DNA of 40,380 bases, from NCBI RefSeq assembly GCF_004010195.1, contig NC_057754.1:10305182-10345561 (forward strand). Direction: 5' to 3'. Position 1 is the stretch's first letter; each line of letters opens with the position of its first letter. Shown here in pieces: positions 34,143 to 40,380 of the stretch. The translations under genes were made by a program, and so were the position numbers. Source of the DNA: Chiloscyllium plagiosum. Its lineage: Eukaryota. Below the pieces are notes generated by a model, which saw nothing but the letters and a program-made list of their open reading frames with translations, was not told the origin of the DNA and made no database searches.

Positions 34143-34390
34143 ACGCACTCAATTGGAGAACCAACCGCCCGGGCTCGGTCTTCCAGCCCCGCCTCTCATT
34201 CACTCCGATTGGTTGGGGGACCAACAGCCCCGGCTCGGTATTCCAGCCCTGCCCCTCAGTCACACCGATGGTTTGGAACACCAAGGGCATTGGTTCTTCC
34301 AGAACCGCGTTCACTTCCTATTGGTTTGCAGCGGCCGCCAATCACCTTAATGTGAAACACCCTACATGTTTTGATGTCATCATGCACCAA
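34143..34390. promoter_or_regulatory. CCAAT/GC-box promoter built from 60-bp tandem units
   Basis: Units start at 34161 and 34221, with a degenerate third at 34281. Several ATTGG/CCAAT and CCCCGCC sites, CpG-enriched. Confidence 0.6.
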
Positions 34391-34831
34391 CGTCTGCTCC
34401 AGTCTTGTCCCTTTATTCAGGGTGTATGATCTGTTCAGGGTTTTCAGTGCTGTGCCCTGTTATTTGGGACAGAATCAATGGCTCTGGGGCTGATGTGACC
34501 CCTTTCCAGTAAATCTGAATTGCTCTGTTTCACCTCTGTCCCCCCTGATCATCTCTCTGATATTGTTTAGCCTCCTCTGTCTCTCACAATGGGGCCACCT
34601 AACTCATGTGCAGAGTTTTATTGGTCAGATTTCCTCAACTGCCTAACCTCCTAATTTACCAGCTTGACTTTCCCACAGGATCGTTCAAAAGCCAGAAATT
34701 GTTTTTAATTCTCCTGTATAGTCCATCCTCTTCCACTTCTGAGATTATTGAGCAACAAATTCTGCACTGTTTTACACTCCCTATATTTTATCCGATATAC
34801 CATGAAATAGTTTATATTCATGCACAGGATG

Positions 34832-35083
34832 AGGTCAGTTAAGAGTCAGCAACATCAGGTTTGGAGACACATGTAGGCCAGACCAGGTAAGGATGGTAGT
34901 TTCCTTCCCTAAAGGACATTAGTTAACCAGATGGAGTTTTCCAACAATTGGCAATGGATTCATGGTCATTATTAGACTCTTAATTCCAGTTTTTTTTAAT
35001 TGAATTCAAATTTGACCCAGGGTCCTCAGAACATTATCTGGATCTCTGATTAACAGGCAAGCAATAAGACCACTAGGCCATTA
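34832..35083 (-). mobile_element. Second, non-HE1 tRNA-derived SINE
   Basis: The reverse strand begins ATGGCCTAGTGG (A box) and later has GACCCTGGGTCAAA (damaged B box). Confidence 0.6.
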
Positions 35084-35315
35084 CTGTTTCTGTCTCCACT
35101 GCCTGACGTGCTGAATTTTTTTCAGGATTTTCTCATTGCAGATGTCCAGCAGCCACACTGTTTTATTATGATTGTATTACAGGTGCTCATAGGACAAAGC
35201 TTGGAAAGCCAGAGGTTGGAAATCTAGACACAGTAATTAAAAGATGGTTTGTATCTGGGTGCATGTTGGTTGCAGATGTTGGTCCCTGGTTGCACGGTTT
35301 TGTTCAGAATTGTTC

Positions 35316-35617
35316 ACAATCCCTACAGTGTGGAAATAGGCCCTTCAGCTCAACAAGTCCACATCAACCCTCCGAAGAGTAACCCACCCAGACCCATTCC
35401 CCTCCTCTGTATTTACCCCTGACTAACTCTATGGGCAATTTTAGTATGACCAATTTACCTGACCTGCACATCTTTAGACTGTGGGAGGAAACCAGAGCAC
35501 CCGGAGGAAACCTATGCAGACACGGGGAGGATGTGCAAACTCCCCTGAGGCTGGAATCGAACCTGGGTCCCTGGTGCTGTGAGGCAGCAGTGCTAACCAC
35601 TGAGCCACCGTGCTGCC
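35316..35617 (-). mobile_element. HE1 SINE
   Basis: Reverse A and B boxes (CCACTGAGCCA, GGAATCGAACC). Confidence 0.88.
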
Positions 35618-35639
35618 ACAGGCAGGCACAATTTAAGAC

Positions 35640-36625
35640 TTGAAGGTGAAGGAACCCCTGGGGCTTGTGGCCATAATATGATAGAGTTCACCCTGCAGTT
35701 TGACAAGGAAAAGATATAATCAGCTGTAATGGTATTACATTTGAGTAAAGGTAACTCCAAAGATGAGGGAGGAGCTGGCAAGAATTGATTGGAAGGAAAG
35801 CTGAACAAGGAAGATTGGTGGAACAGCAATAGTTTCTGGGGAGTAATTTGGAAGGCACATCATAAATTCATCCCAAGGAAGGAGAAACGAATACTAAAGG
35901 GAGGATGAAGCAACCGTGGCTGACAAGGGAATTCAGGGACAGCATAAATACAAAGTAAAAAACAGACAACGTGGTGAAGATTAGTGGGAAGCCTTTAAAA
36001 ACTAGCAGAGGATAACTAAAAAAATCTGTAAGCGGGGACAAGGTGAAATTTGAGGGTCAGCTAACTAGTATTATAAAAGAAGATTGCAAGAGTTTTTTTA
36101 AAGATATATAAAAAGGTAACAGAGAGGGAAGAGTGGATATTGGACCACTGAAAAATGAGGCTGGAGAAATAGTAATGGGAAACAAAGCAATGGTGGAGGA
36201 ACTGAACAGGTACTTTGCATCCGTTTTCACAGTGGAAGACACCAGCAGCATACCAGAATCTCAAGAGAATCAGGGGGCAGTGGTGAGTGTAGTGGCCATT
36301 ACTAAGGAGAAGGTGCTGGCAAAGCTGAAATCATCCAGACCAATTGCACGACACACCAAAGTTCTGAAGGCGATAGCTGAGGAGATTGTAGATGCATTGG
36401 TGGTGATATTTCAGGAATCATTGGGGTCAGGGAGGGTCCCAGAAGACTGGAAAATGGTTAACATAGCATATCTGTTTGAGGAGGGAAGCAGAAGAAAATA
36501 AATTATAGGCTTGGCACCCTGACCTCAATTATTGGTAAGACTGTCAAGTCCATTATTAAGGCTGAGATTGTAGAGTACTTGGAAGTACGTGATGAAACAG
36601 GGCTGAGTTGGCATGGCTTTATCAA
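35640..36625 (+). mobile_element. CR1 ORF2 internal fragment
   Basis: IGPLKNEAGEIVMGNKAMVEELNRYFASVFT...IFQESLGSGRVPEDWK. Confidence 0.8.
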
Positions 36626-36964
36626 GTGGTTCTATCGAGAGCAAATGGAGAAAGATGTGAATCCAGGCTCAGACAAGGAAATATGTGAGAAACAGTTTGG
36701 TCCAGTGGGCAACTGGAAAGGAGGGAAGCAGCTGATCAGATTATTTCAGATTTACTCATTCTTAGTGACTAAGAACATCCATGAGTTCCTTGTATTTATT
36801 GGGAGAGCATTTCAAATAAGGTTGGTTTATTTAACTTTATCTAATGTACTAACACCAACATCTGAGCTAGAGATTATTGATATCAACAGAAACAGGCACC
36901 AGTCAATATAGTTCAGTCCTCAGTGAAAGAAACAGCCAAATAGAATTCCTGTAGTTATTGATGA

Positions 36965-38038
36965 AACAGCTGGTGTTTCAGCAGGGTAGATGAAGTCATG
37001 AATGTCTTCTCACACTGGAAGCTGGTGAACAGCCTCTCCCAGTATGAACTCGCTGGTGTGTCCTCAGGGTGGATGACTTAGTGAAGGTCTTCCCACAGTC
37101 AGAGCAGGTGAATGGTTTCGCCCCAGTGTGCTCTCGCTGGTGTACTGAGAGTATATACGATTGTCTGAATCCAGTCTCACAGTGAGTGCATCCAAATGGT
37201 CTCTCATCAGTGTGTACACATTTTTTGGCACATCAGTTCCCCAGACCTTTTATAGCATTTCCCACAATCTGAGCATTTAAAAGATATGTTATCCGTGTGA
37301 GTGCGTTGATGGGACAGCAGTTCCCAGGAACTTTTATAGCACTTGCCACAATCTGAATATTTAAATGGTCTCTTATCAGTGTGAACTTGCTGGTGTTTGA
37401 AAAGGATAGATAAATCAGTGAAACCCTTTGCACAAATTAGGTAGGCAAATGGCTTCCTCACAGTTTGAATGCGTTGGTGTGTCAGCAATGCAGATGTTTG
37501 AGTGAATCTCTTCTCACACTCAGGGCAGCTGAACGGTCTCTTCCTAGTATGGCTTCACTGGTGCACAGTGAGGTCCTCAGTTCGTTTGAATGCAGAGCTG
37601 CAGACAGAGCACTGGAATGGTTTCTCCTCACTGTGAAGACATTAGTGATGCGTCAGGTCTCCAGAACTTTTAAAGAACTTTCCACACTCCAGGCAGTGAA
37701 AAGGTCTCTCCTCAGTGTGAACTTGCTGGTGTTTCAGCAGGTTGGACAACTAGGTGAATTCTTTTTCACGTCAGGAGCAGGTGAATGGCCTCTTCCTGGT
37801 ATGAACCCATTGGTGTGGTAGCAGCCCTGATGAGCAAGTGAATCCCTTTCCAGCTCAGAGGGGAATCTGAATCCCTCCCCACAGTCTCCACATTTCCACA
37901 GTTTACCTCAGATGTGAACACTGCTTATGCTTTCCATATTAATCATCCAAAAATATGGATGTTACATAAAATTGTGGCAAATGCTTATGTGATGTATTGT
38001 TTTAGCTGTCTGACTTCAAATCATCTCATTCAAGTACC
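36965..38038 (-). pseudogene. C2H2 ZNF pseudogene
   Basis: Acceptor TTTTACAG (AG at 38040-38039) with an intron homologous to 12575-12650. Fingers such as [17 protein letters not shown], with frameshifts. Confidence 0.82.
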
Positions 38039-38529
38039 CTGTAAAATTAATGTAAAACAGGAGAAAACGGAGTGAGAGAGAACCAACAAAAAATACAAAG
38101 GCAGACTGTGAAGGACAGCTGGTAGTTTGGGCAGCCAGCACTCGGAGAAAGTGACATAAAAGCTGCTGGATTGACATTTTTTTAAAAATCAAGTTGCTGA
38201 TATCCTTCAGGGAAGGGAAGTTGCAACCAATGTAACCAACAGAAGAGTCTAGCCTCTCTGGAAGGAGGGATGAAGAGAGACAGAGATAGAGAAGCTGGTG
38301 TTGAAGCTGAACTGTTGTTGCTGGTTTGAATGGACATCACCATACCTTTATCAGCTCTGTGTAAAATCCTTTAACTCCTTACCTAACAGCACTGTGTAAG
38401 CTGCTTCACCACACAGACTGCAGCAGTTCAAGGTGGTCAAAAATCATCTTCTATACTGAAGAGTTCCTATCATCAGTGGCATTCAAATCCAAAGTAGATT
38501 GATAGCATCTTCAACAATATTTGTCCTTA

Positions 38530-38855
38530 AAACAATATCCTGTTACTTTATATGAACAGTGTCAATTTAGTAACTTGAACACCCCTACAATTTCTCTCTC
38601 TTTAACAGTTTCACATTGGACATTGCATGGCCCAACAGGATTCCAAAGTCTTTGGGGCTCACCCCAGCAGCTTCTCCTCCATCTCCAGTCCAGCACAAAA
38701 TCCAGAATTTCCTGCTCCCTGCTGGGGAACCACAACCACAAGCTACTCCAAAAAACCATCTTGAAGACATTCTGTGAATTCCTTTACTTGCGATCCACTA
38801 CCAATCTGATTTTTTCGTCGACCTGATTATTGAAGACCCCCATTATTATTGTAAG
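38530..38855 (-). mobile_element. Decayed CR1 endonuclease fragment
   Basis: The minus strand resembles IIMGVFN and PSREQEILDFVL. Confidence 0.5.
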
Positions 38856-39049
38856 AGCCATTGAAACTGAAACAGCAGGGTTAAGTTTATAGTTTGAAAA
38901 TGTAAGTGGTTTGTGAAGTTTTCAGCGTAATTTTGTCACAGCCCTGAGGCAATTGTTTCAAGCCAGCATCAACAATTACTTGTCTTTAATAGTAAGTCAG
39001 AGACTTGGAATTCTACAGTAAGTAACTCACCTCTAAAGCTATGACCTCG

Positions 39050-39330
39050 ACCTTCTGTAAGAGCAACAGCCACAGATTCATAGGAACATCAGCAGATTTA
39101 AGTGATCCTGCAAGATATTCACCATCCTAACTTGGAAATATATTCACTGTCGCTGGGTCAAAATCCTGGACCCCTCCCCCCACCCAAGAGCATTGTGAAT
39201 GTCCCTACACCACATAGACTGCAGTCAGTCAAGAAGACGGCTCAGCATCACTATCTGCAGGTCAATTAGTGATGGGCAACAAATATTGGACTAGTCAGTA
39301 ATACCCATATCTCATGGATGAATAAGAAAA
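39050..39330 (+). mobile_element. LINE 3' end, family unresolved; related pieces at 38330-38450 and 30440-30520
   Basis: CTGGGTCAAAATCCTGGA...GACTGCAG...GATGGGCAACAAAT...ATGAATAA is partly repeated elsewhere in the window. Confidence 0.5.
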
Positions 39331-39763
39331 AATCGTCAATCTATGCATTTTAAAGAACAGTTCACAGGAGCTGTTAAATGCTGGTACAATTACAACAAAT
39401 GTTTGATATGCAAATAAGATGGTATCTGTGACAGGTTACCAGGATTTTCCCGTTTTATTGATGTGTACCTTTTACAGTCCTCCTCACTGTTAACTTTGCA
39501 TCACAATTTGATAATCAGTTAATTCCTCAATAAAGAAGTTTATCACTTCCTCATGACTTGTTCAGTCAGCAAAGGAATTGAGATTTAATATGCTGAGCTA
39601 CCATGCTTTATTCATTTCAAATTTCTGTTTGCAGTTTATTGGAATTCTGTCTCCAATTTTTAAAATTGGAATTCAGATTTCTGATGTCCAAACTTTTACA
39701 TATTATTAGGAACAGTGGGCTCAGTGTTAACCATGGAAGTGGAACACTACTTCCCAACTTTGA

Positions 39764-39999
39764 GGAGAAAGTGAGGTCTGCAGATGCTGGAGATCAGAGA
39801 TGGAAATGTGTTGCTGGAAAAGCGCAGCAGGTCAGGCAGCATCTAGGGAACAGGAGAATCGACATTTCGGGTATTAGCCCTTTCCTTGAACCCTTTCCTG
39901 AACCCCATTCCTGAAGAAGGGCTAATGCCCGAAACGTCGATTCTCCTGTTCCCTAGATGCTGCCTGACCTGCTGCGCTTTTCCAGCAACACATTTCCAT
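39764..39999 (-). mobile_element. Palindromic hammerhead element with a stuttered spacer
   Basis: 17-bp TSD CTACTTCCCAACTTTGA at 39747-39763 and 40000-40016. Intact core CTGAAGA-A-GGGC-TAAT-GCCC-GAAACGTC at 39911-39938. Confidence 0.87.
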
Positions 40000-40127
40000 C
40001 TACTTCCCAACTTTGACTGTCTTGAGTAGCTTCTCTTAACTACTACATTCTGATTTCTGTGTTATATCAGGCTTGCCATCAATCGCAGTATGACTGATCT
40101 ATGAGGTGAACCTGATCAGGATGCGTG

Positions 40128-40380
40128 GAGTCATAGAGTCATAGAGATGTACAGCATGGAAACAGACCCTTCGGTCCAACCCAATCTAATCCCATCTGCC
40201 AGCACCTGGCCTATATCCCTACAAACCCTTCCTATTCATATACCCATCCAAATGTCTCTTAAATGTTGCAATTGTACTAGCCTCCACCACATCCTCTGGC
40301 AGCTCATTCCATACACGTACCACCCTCTGCGTGAAAACGTTGCCCCTTAGGTCTCTTTTATATCTTTCCCCTCTCACCCT
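40128..40380 (-). mobile_element. HER1/CR1 3' end, continuing past the window
   Basis: (GAGTCATA)2 GAGATGTACAGCATGGAAACAGACCCTTCGG. Confidence 0.9.

Overview
This is repeat-dense eukaryotic DNA. The HE1-type SINEs and HER1/CR1 LINEs point to an elasmobranch (shark) genome (inference). The window is part of a C2H2 zinc-finger cluster: one intact ZNF exon (12654-14300; 17 canonical fingers, no KRAB or SCAN), at least four decayed paralogues on both strands, and two or three promoter-like islands. The rest is nested retroelements: HER1/CR1, L2, Rex1/Babar, Tx1/L1, tRNA-derived SINEs, a rearranged Gmr1-like Ty3/gypsy element with INT before RT, and solo LTRs. The most notable signal is a family of 90-240 bp non-coding elements with a minimal type I hammerhead ribozyme core (CTGANGA-stem II-GAAAC-GTC). 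Most copies have 11-17 bp target-site duplications, and several are fold-back palindromes whose two arms share private mutations. They are best explained as Penelope-like non-autonomous retroelements. Repeat family names come from motif recognition, not database searches, and boundaries of old repeats are approximate.
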